Source: Lama guanicoe
Taxonomy: Eukaryota
Assembly: GCA_013239625.1 (NCBI GenBank)
Contig: MU056050.1
Location: 1,412,084 to 1,476,083 of the forward strand
Direction of reading: 5' to 3'
Length of the DNA: 64,000 nt
Below the pieces are notes generated by a model. The model was not told the origin of the DNA and made no database searches. It saw only the letters and a list, made by a program, of their open reading frames with translations. The position numbers and the translations under genes were made by a program. Below are positions 1 through 11,463 of the stretch, piece by piece. The first letter of the stretch is position 1; the number at the start of each line of letters is the position of its first letter.

Positions 1-527
1 CAGTGCCACACTGACGTGGCAAGAGCAGGGCTGGAGCATTTGCTCAGCTTGGGCTGGTGCATGAGGCTAGGTGGTCAAGGGAAACCCTGCAGCCCCTAGA
101 TCAAACCTCTCTCCACTCTGCCTTGGGGGCAGGCCTGCATGTGTGCTCCTCAGAAGTGGAGTCCAAGCTTCCCATTGCCCTTCTATTAGTCCCAGCTGTC
201 CTCCAACCAGCCAAGGAGACTTGTCTTCCCCACATAAGACTGGGGTGTCCAACCTGTGGCTCAAACTACTCCCCAGGCTGGGTTTCCACTGGTATAAACC
301 CCCTTTTCCTCTCTGTCCCTTCCCAGGGGCACAAGTCCTGACTTGATTGCTTTTTGCCCTTCCTACCTGATTACTTATGTCCCTTTCTTACAGTGTTGGT
401 TGCACAGGAGTCCTCCTGCCAGTTTCCAGTTAGTCTTCAGTGAGAATTGTTCCACATATAGATGTATTTTTGATGTGTTCATGGTGGGAGGTGAGCTCCA
501 CATCCTCTTACTCTGCCATCTTGATCT
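1..527 (-). mobile_element. 5' end/5'UTR of an artiodactyl-type LINE-1; body continues left of the window
   Basis: Minus strand begins AGATCAAGATGGCAGAGTAAGAGGATGTGGAGCTCACCTCCCACCATGAACACATCAAAAATACATCTA, a typical L1 5' terminus with the AAGATGGC YY1-like motif. It abuts an older L1 at 528. Confidence 0.8.
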
Positions 528-1420
528 AAACCTCTCTATCAATTTTTTATATCTTTTCCAAGAACCAGCTTTTGGCTTTGTTAACTTTTTCTGTTGTTTG
601 ACTGTTTTCAGTTGTACTGATTTTTTTCTCTTATGTTTATTATCATTTTCTTTCAACTTTCTCTTCTTTTCCTAACTCTGGAAGGTAGAATCTTAGATTA
701 TTTTTAGATTTTAGACCTGTCATTTTTCTCATATAAGCATTTAATGGTATAAATTTCTCTCTAAGCCCTGCCTTAGCTGTATCTCGTCAAGTTTGATGTT
801 TCATTTTCATTATAATTCATTTTGAAGTATTTTCTAATTTCACTTATGATCTTCTTTGAACCATGCATTATTCAAAGTGTTTTTATATAAATATATTTGA
901 TGTCTTCTAGATATCTTATTTTGACTTATTTCCAATTTAAAGTCATTGTTGCAAGAGAACATACCCTATTTCAGTCCTTTTAAATTTATTGAGATTTGTT
1001 CTATGGCTTAGCACAGGGTCTATCACATCTTTGTACATGGGCCATATCTACTTGAAAATAATTATATTCTGTAGTGTTAGGGTATAGTGTTTTATAAATA
1101 TAAACTAGGTAATATTAATAGTGTTGTTCATATCATCTATGTTTTTATTGATTTTTATTTAGGTCTACCATGTTCTGAGAGATAGGTGTTAGAATCCCTA
1201 AATATGTTTGTGAAATGGACTATTTTCCCATATAATTTGGCCAAACTACGCTTCATGTATTTTGAAGCTTTGTTATCAGATACATGCACATTAATGATTT
1301 TTATGCCCTCCTGATGAACTGACCCTTCTATTGTTATGAAGTGTCTCACTTTGTCTTTTTGTTTCTTGAACTTTCATCTGATATTAATATAGCTCCTCCA
1401 GCCTTCTTATGCTTACTTAT
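528..1420 (-). mobile_element. Old degenerate L1M fragment (ORF2 endonuclease region)
   Basis: ORF 1155..1349 (HFITIEGSVHQEGIKIINVHVSDNKASKYMK) resembles the L1 endonuclease; the end of ORF 375..656 region reads KPKAGSWKRYKKLI, like L1 ORF2; T-rich plus strand. Confidence 0.85.
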
Positions 1421-1441
1421 AGCCTTTTTAGGAAGTTTACA

Positions 1442-1529
1442 GGGAGGAGGGGAATAGATCAGTGGTAGAACACATGCTTAGCATGCATGAGGTCCTGGGT
1501 TCAACCTCAGTACCTCCACCAAAAAAAAA
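1442..1529 (+). mobile_element. tRNA-Ala(AGC)-derived SINE, Vic-1-like (camelid)
   Basis: GGAGGGGAATAGATCAGTGGTAGAACACATGCTTAGCATGCATGAGGTCCTGGGTTCAACCTCAGTACCTCCACC followed by an A tail; A-box and B-box (GGTTCAA) present; degenerate TSD aggaagtttaca/aagtagtttata. Confidence 0.8.
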
Positions 1530-4329
1530 GAAGAAGTAGTTTATACATTTATGAAGTTGAAAATTCAATTTATCAGATCTTATTTGAGACTATTTTATTG
1601 CTTGTTCAAAACATCTTTATTCACATTTATATTTTGAACCTGTATTTCTTCACTGGATTGGACTCTTTCTTGCAGAGCAGTGTGCACATTGTTTTATAAA
1701 CATGAATTTTCAGTCCTAGGTCCCAGTGGTAACTTCCGTTGCTGCTTGCTATAGAATAGTTTAATTATCTGAAATCTGTCTTTGAGAGAAGACTTTTCCC
1801 CCTCTGTAATTAATGAATCCAGATTCATGCAGAGACTACATGCTTGGGAGTGACTTTTGAGCCTGTGGACTATCTACATGAATCCAAATTTGTCTCCTTC
1901 ACTCTTGCTTCTTAGGCACTGAATGCAGCAGATACAGGGCTGCCTTTATAAGGCAGTAAAAATTTTTATATGAAAGCCCTAGAGCTTCATAATGTCTGGG
2001 GAATTCAGCTTTGTTTTGTCTTTCAGCTTAAAAGCAACAGATTTTGTTCTATCAGTGGCTAAAAAGCCTATGTATGGAAAGACTCTCTTTTCCTCAGATT
2101 TTATTCTTTGCCTCAGTTGTACCCACTTACTAAGGCGTCAGTGTCCCGTAATGTCTGCTGAGGCTTCCTCAGCTCCACACACATGTGCTCAGGAGAGTAA
2201 CTATGTAGTTCAAATTCAAGTTTTAGTCTGCACCCTAAATTCCCTACTGTTTTGTTAAGGCTGTTTACTAAGAATGAGATTTTTCTGAGGCCCACACCTT
2301 TGCTAAAGCCAGTTTAGCTAGCATTTTTTGGCTAAGCCCCACGTATCAGTATTTTCTGCGGCCAGTCTATGGCTGTGGCCCCTGTAGACTTTCTTTGCTG
2401 AGGTCCATAACTCTAAAAATTTCTACTTATACTTTGGATGAAACCTGAAACCCTAGGTTTGTGCATTTACTCAGTCTGATAGACGCAGCACCTTTAAAGA
2501 AATACTTGTTTATGAAAAGGCTGCATAAGCTATATTCACTTGCCAAGGTCAAAACACAACATAGCCTAAGGTCACAGCAGTTAAAAGCTACCTTCACAAC
2601 TGTAAAAGCCAGTCATTTTGTATTATATAGGCTACTATAAACTTGAAGGTCAAAAACTCATGTGTCAAGCACTTATATAATGCTCCCAAAGCTTAAGGTC
2701 ATCCATAAAGGGCATGTAAGAAGCCTTAAGCTCCAGGAATTATTTTGTCCCCCATAAGTCTATTTCTCAATATTTCCGGCTGAACCAAATAGGAAATAAG
2801 ACAGACAGACAGAAAGACAGACAAAATACAATCTTTATTACTGAAAATTGATGTTGGAAAATGTGGCTTATACTTATGAGTAAGTGGGATTCCTAATACT
2901 GTATTCTACTTGAATACAAGGCAAATGATTCTGATCAGGGAAGGAAACTTCAGTGTTAAAAATTATAGAGCTGGAGCAGTTTCTGATTTCCTAATACTTG
3001 TTTGCTGGTTGTGGTAGGCTGCCCCTAGAGGAGCAGAAGAGAACTCTGCTAGTGGTAAGAATTTTCTCCTTATAAAAATCACTAATCATATTAAATCATT
3101 CCTCATCCTCTAAGGCAAAATGAGTAAAGAAATGGAAAGAGACCAGGGATGTTATGCTAAGATGTGTCTTTACATAAAAGAAAACATTGGAAATGAAGGA
3201 GCAAGCATTTCTTCCCAGTTCCATGTTCAAAATATATTACTACAATGCAAAAGCCAAGTTGTAACTGGGTTTTGGTCTCATTTAAGTAATAAAGAAAATG
3301 CATACAGGTAAGCCATGTAGACAAGAACAATGTCTTAAAAGATAGCAATTTGTTGAGAAGTAGAAAGGAAGAAAGTGTATGCATTTTAGACTACTTTATG
3401 TTTGGCTATGCAAAGATGAAAAAGCTATGAGAATATCTTTGAGGGCGGCACAAATGGGGAAGAAAATCATTTGGCTAGCAGAGAGGACAATATCAATGCT
3501 AAGGAAGAGACTGAAGATATGAAAGGAAAAAGGAAATTATTGTTGGCCCCTCTCATTTGCTCTTTTCTAGGATTTGATCTACTAGTCCATCTGAATAATT
3601 CTGCATAGTTTAGTTTGGGAAAATTTTGGAGTATTCATATTTTGAAACAGGTGAAAAAGAGTTAGGGAAGTGTGGAGATGTAAGTGTTCAGGTAAGGAAG
3701 AAAGGTGTAAATTAAGGTCACACAGATTGCAGGAAACATTGTCTTCTGTTTTCCTCAAAAAGATAAGCTAAATGTGTTGAAAACAGTACAACTGGAGGAC
3801 TTGAGGACAGCAGGGAAGTTAGAAGAACTACTGTAGGAAAACATTTTTTATGAATGCTTTCCTAACAGAAGCTCCCTTTTCTCGTAACTGACACTACCCA
3901 AATTCTCTAGTGAAGCAACTGGCTGAGATGGGCATGTCTGTAGTGCTATTTGCTGATCAGCTACTCAACCAAGCTAATCAAATATACTGTCTCTTCTCTA
4001 GGAATTTAGATTTGAGGCACTGAGAGATGACTGCAGGTAGTTGTGGGAATCTGAGAGGACAATAGTGTAAGTGGACAAAGAGAAGCAGAGACGAAAGATC
4101 ATGTGGCCTGAGAGGTAGCCAGAGAGAGACAGAATGAAAGAGACAGAGAAAGTTGGTGCCATAGTACACGATGGCATCCACTTACCAACTCTGAGTCACT
4201 TTGAGTCTGGATATATTAATTTTCATGAGGTCTCTGTACTTTTTCAGTACTTTATGTGTCCCTCATTCCTTCAACTTAACTTGAATTTCATTAAAACCAA
4301 AATAAGTTTTGTATAAAAGGAATCACCAG

Positions 4330-5450
4330 GAATGAAGGAAATAATTGTGTAATGGTGTAGAAGTTCTAGCTGAAATATTGAAAATGATCCATTTTCACCA
4401 GAGTCAGTCACCATGTATTGTGTGACATTCTCTGGTAATTTTCAGATACCCAGAAGTAGTCACACAGAAAGCAGATATGCTGACTAAGGATTTTAGAATT
4501 AATTGATTAGGTAGATACTGTGGAGGGAAAAGAAATTCAAGTTGCTGGTGAGAGTGCTCTTTAAGAAGCTTATCCTAAGTACTTAGGTAATATAGGAAGT
4601 TAAGGGAAGGAGAGGGTAACAGAAGATGAAAAGTTTTTTTTTAATTGAAGTATAGTCAGTTATAATGTGTCAGTTTCTGGTGCATAGCATAATGTTTCAG
4701 TCATACATATACATACATATATTCATTTTCATATTCTTTATCATTATAGTTACTACAAAATATTGAATATAGTTTCCTGTGCTATAGAGAAGAAACTTGT
4801 GTTTATTTATTTTATATATAGTAGTTAATATTTGCAAATCTCAAACTCCCAATTTATCTATTTAGGGTAAAAGAATAGGGGAGGCTAAAGGATAGAAGAA
4901 TGTGATGAGAGAGAAATCTCATTGTTAAATATTACAGAGGTGGAATAGTTCTGGGTGATGGCAATGGCCATTGATTTTCATTGTGACTGAATTGCAGAAA
5001 TAGAATGTGGAAGATGGTCAAGGAAATTAAGGGAGTCATGGATGTGGTATCTCTTTTTTTTCAGTTGAAATATCAGAGGATTACTGTGGTAATGAAGAAA
5101 CATATACCTGTAAAACTGTTGCCAACATCTTCAAAGATTGTGGAAGAGTAACTTGAAAATGAAATTGGACAGGAAGAGGGTAGTTTTATAGGCTTCAAAG
5201 GAGTATGAGATATTGAACAAAGGTGATGAAACCATGTCTGAAAAATAGTAAGGGGGAATCAAGGGTATTCCAACCCATTTCCCTGGACCTAAGTCCACTA
5301 TGGGAGAATGAGGAAATGCCAGTTGATAGTGTCATAGGGGAATCAGTATCCATGAAGGAGAGCAAGGTTCCAGTTAAGGAAGAGAAATGATGGATAGAGA
5401 AAATGGTCCAGAAAAAGTTGAATATATAAACATACCTCTTCAAAACAGAA
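4330..5450 (-). mobile_element. L2 LINE remnant, interrupted by an L1 3' end
   Basis: Purine-rich plus strand with L2-like segments (ATTACAGAGGTGGAATAGTTCTGGGTGATG; GAGAGCAAGGTTCCAGTTAAGG). Confidence 0.5.
4634..4858 (-). mobile_element. 5'-truncated lineage-specific L1 3' end
   Basis: Poly(T) then AATTGAAGTATAGTCAGTT...CTCCCAATTTATC; clear paralogue of 24481-24757. Confidence 0.85.
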
Positions 5451-5984
5451 TTAGGTTAGAGGTTGGGGATGTGAAATATTAGTGTAGTTTGAAATACTAT
5501 ATTGCCTTAAATTACATTTATTTTGAAGAACATACTCTTTTACTAAGTCACAAGCTTTTCTCCTGAAATTAGCCCAGTTGACACTCCAAGGCACTGATCT
5601 TTCCTGCCATTCATGTAGCCATGTAGTATAAAGCAACAAATTAAACTGGCTAACTTTAGAATCCAGTTTCCTCATCAGTAGATTTGGAAGAAGCTCATCC
5701 AACTCCAGTTAAAACTCATTCAGATCACATGGCTTCAACATGAGTTGGAATCACTGATTCTTAAGTTCTATTTATCACCTTCATTATATAACATATTATT
5801 CAAAACCTGTAAATTTAGGCACCTTAGAGATAATTTGCAAAATGTACAATTTGGATTTAATTTTCTTCTTTTCCTTTAAAGAATGTAATAGAAGCAAAAA
5901 AAATCTATGAAATACACAATAGATTTATGCTAACTTATAACATCAGCAGCAGCATTATAATTTTCTTGTCAAATAATATAATGT

Positions 5985-6135
5985 AAAAGACTAAGAAGTG
6001 CACGTCAGAATGCCTGGTTTCTACTCGCCACTTTGTCTTCTTTGAGCTAGTCCCTTCACCAATATAGAGTTTAGTTTTCTCACCTGTCAAATGTAGATGG
6101 TAATCTGAATTGTCTCTAAATGACTTTCCAGCTAG
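5985..6135 (+). mobile_element. MIR-family SINE remnant
   Basis: Core-like AGTTTTCTCACCTGTCAAATG and MIR3/MIRc-like tail TCTCTAAATGACTTTCCAGCT. Confidence 0.55.
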
Positions 6136-6213
6136 AAATTGTGTTGGCTCCTCTCACTTCGTATATCTCTTTTCTATTTGCACAAATATAAGGAAAAATG
6201 CAGAAGCAGCCAT

Positions 6214-6859
6214 TATATTAGTCAGGGTTCTCCAGAGAAACAGAACCAATATTTCTATATATATGTGCATATATTATATATAAAATTTTACCTTATATTT
6301 TCTATCATATATTATTCTGTATTATATATCATAATTTCTCATATTTATATATTTGTATATATAAATATTTATATATATTTGTGATATAAAATACAAATAT
6401 ATATATGTATACACACACACACATATATAATAACATTTATTATAAGGAATTGGTTCATGAGATTGCAGAGGCCGAGAAGAGTCTCACGATCTGCTGTCTG
6501 CAGGGCCGAGACCCAGGAAAACGAGTGCTGTAAATTCCGGTCCTAGTCCTAAGGCTTCAAAACCAGGAGTGCTGATGCTATAAATCCCAGTCCAAGGGCA
6601 GGAGAAGACCAATATCTCGGCCTATGCAGTCAGGCAGGAAGAGAATTCAACCTTCCTCTGCCTTTTGGTTCTATTCAGGCCCTCAATGGATTGGATTATG
6701 CCCACTCACATTGGGGACAACAATGTGCCTTACTCAGACCCCCAATTCAAACGCTAATGTCTTCCAAAAGCACCCTACAGACACATGCAGAAATAATGTT
6801 TAACCAGCTATGTGAGTATCCTTTGGCTAAGTCAAGTTGACAAAAAATTAGCCATCACA
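6214..6859 (-). mobile_element. MLT2 LTR (3' LTR of the ERV-L provirus) with internal TA-rich expansion
   Basis: Minus strand starts TGTGATGGCTAATTTTTTGTCAACTTGAC and ends GTTTCTCTGGAGAACCCTGACTAATATA, matching MLT2 termini; directly adjoins ERV-L internal sequence. Confidence 0.92.
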
Positions 6860-9800
6860 ATTCTATGCCTTGTCAACTTGGCATTCATGTACTTCTCCTT
6901 AAATCATACTTAATCTCCAAATAAAGACAATAACAAGGTTATAATTCTGTCTAACATGATACAACTATCACATATACAATCAAAAATACACAGACCGCTT
7001 CCCCAAAACAGAAGGTAAAGTCTCTGAATAATGTTTACTCTTCTCTTTAATATCCCATAACTTGAATACTATGATGTAAAATTAACAATACTTAGACACT
7101 ATGCTATAAAGTTAATGATACATCTTATGTTACATGATAAAGGAGAAAGAGAGGAAAGAAAACAAAGGTATTTGATACACACACAAATATATCCATAACA
7201 AAATAAAATAATGAGGAAATACTCATTATAATTACAGTCCTCGTTTCTGTAACTGGTCACATGGTCATAGCTGGTATTTACAACTGCCTTTTTCCACTAC
7301 TCATTCTGTGTCCCCTTTGCCTTCAGGAAGCAACTCAGCTGATTGTGGTTCTTTACCTGGTGGGGTGACCCAAACTCTTCTTCCTGAAAAGTCTGAGTTG
7401 TTAGGTCCTGCATGGATTCAGTTGTAGTTTTCCACTGACCTTAATCACAAGTCATGGTAATATTAAGAGATACCCTAAAGGATCTTCTGTGTTCCACACA
7501 TTCTTGTTTACCTCTGTTGTAGAGTAATAATCCAGTTTCCCCTTGGTAGTTAAGACCAATCACCCCAGCCAGCACAGTACTCCCTTCTTTGCCTGTTGAC
7601 TCAGAGGCATGAGGAGCCCAAAGTGGTGATGTGGCAGCCTTATCTTCCAGTTTAATAGAATCATTGTTGTGTCTCCCATGGAAGCATTTGTCTCGCTGAA
7701 ACTAAGACCTCTAGGCCAGCAGAGCACAGGGTCACAAAAACAGGGAACAAAAATATTGCTAATAGGTCACTAGGGTAATAGTGAGTGGTCACTCTCATTT
7801 CCACCTCTTGATTCTTGGACCTAAAAATCTGAATTCTATCAGAGAAACAGCACAACATACTGACCACTCATTCAGAGCATATACAACCTTCTGGAGAACC
7901 TTGCCCAGCCCTCCAAGTTACTGCCACCCAGCTGGCACTGTAACTGAATCCTCAAAAGGTCATTACACAATTCTGTCAAGCCAGCTGCTTCTGGATCATG
8001 GTGAATATGTGAAGACCAGTGAATTCCATAAGTATGGACCTGTTGCCTCACTTCTGTGGAATAAGTTCCTTGATCAGAAGCAATGCTGTGCAGAATAGCA
8101 TGACAATGAATAAGGCATTCTGTAAACCCATGGATGGTAGTTTTAGCAGAAGTATTGCAAGGAGTGAAGGGAAATCTCCATATTTAGAGTATCTATTCTA
8201 GTAAGAACAAAATGCTGCCCCTTCCATGATGGAAGCAGTGCATGTAATCAGCCTTCCCCCAGATAGCTGGCTAATCACTCTAGGAAATGGTGCCATATCA
8301 GGAACTCAGTGTTGGTCTCTGGTGCAGGCAGATTGGGCAATCACTGGTGGCCTTAGCCAGGTTGTCTCTAGTGAGTGAAAGTACATGTTGCTGAGTCTGT
8401 ATATAACCTTCATCCTTGCCACCTTGGTCACTTCATTCATGAGGCCATTGGACAATGATGGGGTGACTGGGGAAAAAGGCCGACTGGCATATACAGAATG
8501 AGTCATTCTATCTACTTAATTATTAAAATTCTCCTCTGCTCAAGTTGCATAGGAACTTGATGGCCCACGGTTAAATGCTCAGTCTCTAGTAAGGCCCAGT
8601 AGCAGGCCAAGAGCTGTTTCCCACAGGGAGAGTAGTTATCTGCTCAGGATGCAGGGCTTTGCTCCAAAATCCTAAGGGTTGGTGCTTTACTTCACCTATG
8701 GAAGCCTGCCAGAGGTTCCAAATAGCATCCCTACCTGCCACTAATACTTCAGGTACCATTGGATTGGCTGGATCATATGGCCCCAGTAGCAGATCAACTT
8801 GCATGGCAACCTAGGCCTATTGCAGAACCTTCTCTTGCTCTGGGCCCCACTCAAAAACAGCAGCTTTTCAGGTCATGTGGTAAATGGTCCAGAGTAACAC
8901 ACCCAATAAGGAATGTATTGTGTACAAAATCCAAAGCAGCCCACTAGGTATCGTGCCTCCTTTTTGGCTGTAGGGAGGGCCAGATACAATGACTTTCCTT
9001 CACCTTAGAAAGGATATCTCAACATGCCCTGCTCCATTGGACCCCTAAAAATTTCACTGAGGTAGAAAGCCTCTGAACTTTTATTGGACTGACTTTCTAC
9101 CCTCTGACACTCAAATATCTTACCAATAAGTCTAGAGTAGGTGTTACTTCTCATTCACTAGGCCTTATCAGCATAATGTCACCAATGGTATAGACCAATA
9201 TGATAGCTTTTGGAAGGAAAAGGTGATCAAGATCCCTGCAAACTAAATTATGACAAAGGGCTAGGGAGTTGATATACCCTCGAGGTAGGATAGTCACGGT
9301 GTACTGCTGGCCTTTCCAGCTGAAAGTAAACTGCTTCTGGTGAGTCTTACTGACAGGGATGGAGAAAAAGGCATTTACCAGACCAATAGCTATATAACAG
9401 GTACCTGGGAATGTGTTAATTTGCTCAAGGAGTGAAACCGTATCTAGTACAGAAGCTGAAATTGGATCCACCATCTGGTTAAGCTTATGATAATCCAGTA
9501 TCTTTCCCCAAGATCAAGCTGTCTTCTGCACAGAACAAATCAGTGAGTTGAATGGCAATGTGATGGGAACCACCAACTTCAAGTCCTCAGTGGTGGCACT
9601 AATCTCTCAGATCCCTCCATGAAAGCTTTCTATTCACTGTTTTCCTTGATAGAGGCGGTTCTAGTGCCTTCCACCTGGCTTTTACTACCATAATAGCCCT
9701 CACTCCACAGTTCAAGGAACCAATATGGGGATTCTGTCAGCTGCTAAGTGTATCTGTTCCAATTTTGTATTCCACAACTGGGGAAATAAATGGCGCCACT

Positions 9801-11463
9801 GGTGTAGTGGTACCATACAAGATTCCCACAACTGGGGAAATAAACCACAAGATGGGTTCAGAGACCCACTGGGCCCACTGTAAAATGGACCTTAGTTAAA
9901 ACTCTATTGATCACCTGACCTCCATAAGCCCCTACTGTGGTGGAACACAGTGACATTTTATGTCTTCAGAAATTAGTGTCAGTTCAGAGTCAGTGTCCAG
10001 TAGTTCCTGAAAGGTCTGATTATTTCCTTTTCCTCAGTTCACAGTTACCCTGCTAAAGGGCCATAGATTTCTTTGAGGAAGAGATTAACAGTATAATTTT
10101 TTGGTAGTGTATCAGGGTCCTTCTTCAACAGGACCCAGCCTCCCACTCATTCATGGGGTATTCTGGACCTATAAACTTTCTCAAGTCTAAGAATTGACTG
10201 AGGGGCTGTGACTTCTTTGCTGATACAGATCAAATAAGAATTTACGAGGCTTTCCGTTTCTTTCACTTCTAGGAAGAGCACAATCAATTAGCCGACTTCA
10301 TATGTCTGCATGAGTCTGACTATTCTGATTGCTGCTCTGACTCTGCTGTACATTATGGTAACCATGCCCTCCGTGCCTGTGGCTGTTGAGTGCCACCACT
10401 TTACCCCTGCCAATTGGGATCCAGTTACTCCCATTGCATTTAGGTTTCCCAATTCAGTGGCTGCACTTCCCACTCTAAGTTTTGGCCTTTAGAGAAGAGC
10501 AAGGACAGAGCTCTTCAAGGATGCTCAGGCTCCCATCATAAATTTATTTCTCACAATATGGGTGAAAGGTATGTCTTCTGGACCCTCCCAGTGTGGATGA
10601 GTAGATCTTAAATAATTAATCCATTCTAACATTGCAGTCTACCTAAGCCTCTGAATCCCATTCTCTACATTAAACCAAGGCAGGTCCAGCATTTCCATTT
10701 TACTCACTGTGGGCCACCTCTTCATTCATGTTTTAGCCAACCAACCAACCAAACTTTTAGGGCACTTTCTAACTTCCCAATCTGCAATATTAAGTGCAAG
10801 TTTTCTGCATAGTGAATTCATGTGAATAAATTCACCCTGATTCACTTTATGTTCCTTCCACCATTATCTCACACCCTCTGTATCCATTCCTACACATTTC
10901 CCTGGATTTCTGCTTGTGTAAATCAGAAAACTCAAGTAGTTCTTTTGGAGTGTACTATACTTCCTCATGGGCGACACTTTGTACTTGATTTTTAGGGATC
11001 TTCTAAGACTTGAGTTATAGGTCTAGAAGCAAAGGATGGCGGGGGTGGGTTCTGAGGAGAATCAGCATTATTTTAATGGCAACTGCCTTGGGGGATGCCA
11101 TTACACTTACTTCAGGCAATGCAGGGTTAACTCCCTCAGACATGGGTGGAAAGGCCAATAAGACTGAGAATAGAGAGGCTGATACCACTGTGGGTGGAGA
11201 GGCTGCTTCTGCTGGGGGTTGGGAGGCCACTTCCACTGGGAGTGGAGAGATCTCTTTCACTGGCAAAGAAGACTCAGGATTTAGGGGCTCAGGGTACCCA
11301 GCTTCATCGGGGACTTCCCACATGTCCCATCCCAATTTACAGGATCCCATTCTTTCTTAGTCATTGTCCTCACTTTAACAGTAGACACCCTAAGAGGCTG
11401 AGAATTCAACCTGAGTTGTAATTCAGCCAGTTTCCTTGTGAGATTCTGCATTTGATTTTCAGT
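6860..11463 (-). mobile_element. ERV-L internal region (gag-pro-RT-RNaseH-IN-dUTPase), defective, 5' LTR missing
   Basis: gag WDMWEVPDEAGYPEPLNPESSLP (11015..11350); protease LLDTDSELTLI (~9975-10005, DTG changed to DTD); RT NAFFSIPVSKTHQKQFTFSWKGQQYTVTILPRGYINS (9151..9474, YxDD decayed to TIGD); tether LLGPYDPANPM...PLGFWSKAL; integrase AKTTIHGFTECLIHCHAILHSIASDQG (~8070-8150); dUTPase start LCSAGLEVLV; no env. Confidence 0.95.
9793..9828 (+). pseudogene. Retrocopy of the 5' half of tRNA-Gly(CCC) (tailless retropseudogene)
   Basis: GCGCCACTGGTGTAGTGGTACCATACAAGATTCCCA matches the recalled mammalian tRNA-Gly-CCC 5' sequence GCGCCGCTGGTGTAGTGGTATCATGCAAGATTCCCA at 33/36; perfect 19-bp direct repeats CCACAACTGGGGAAATAAA at 9772-9790 and 9826-9844. 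Confidence 0.88.

Noticed and set aside
6255..6440. TA-rich low-complexity tract and ORF 6139..6384
   Set aside because: The usual TA expansion within MLT2 LTRs; the ORF is a compositional artefact.
9793..9828. tRNA-like sequence as the ERV primer-binding site
   Set aside because: A PBS complements a tRNA 3' end next to the 5' LTR (Leu for ERV-L). This is a 5' half in the protease region with its own TSD.
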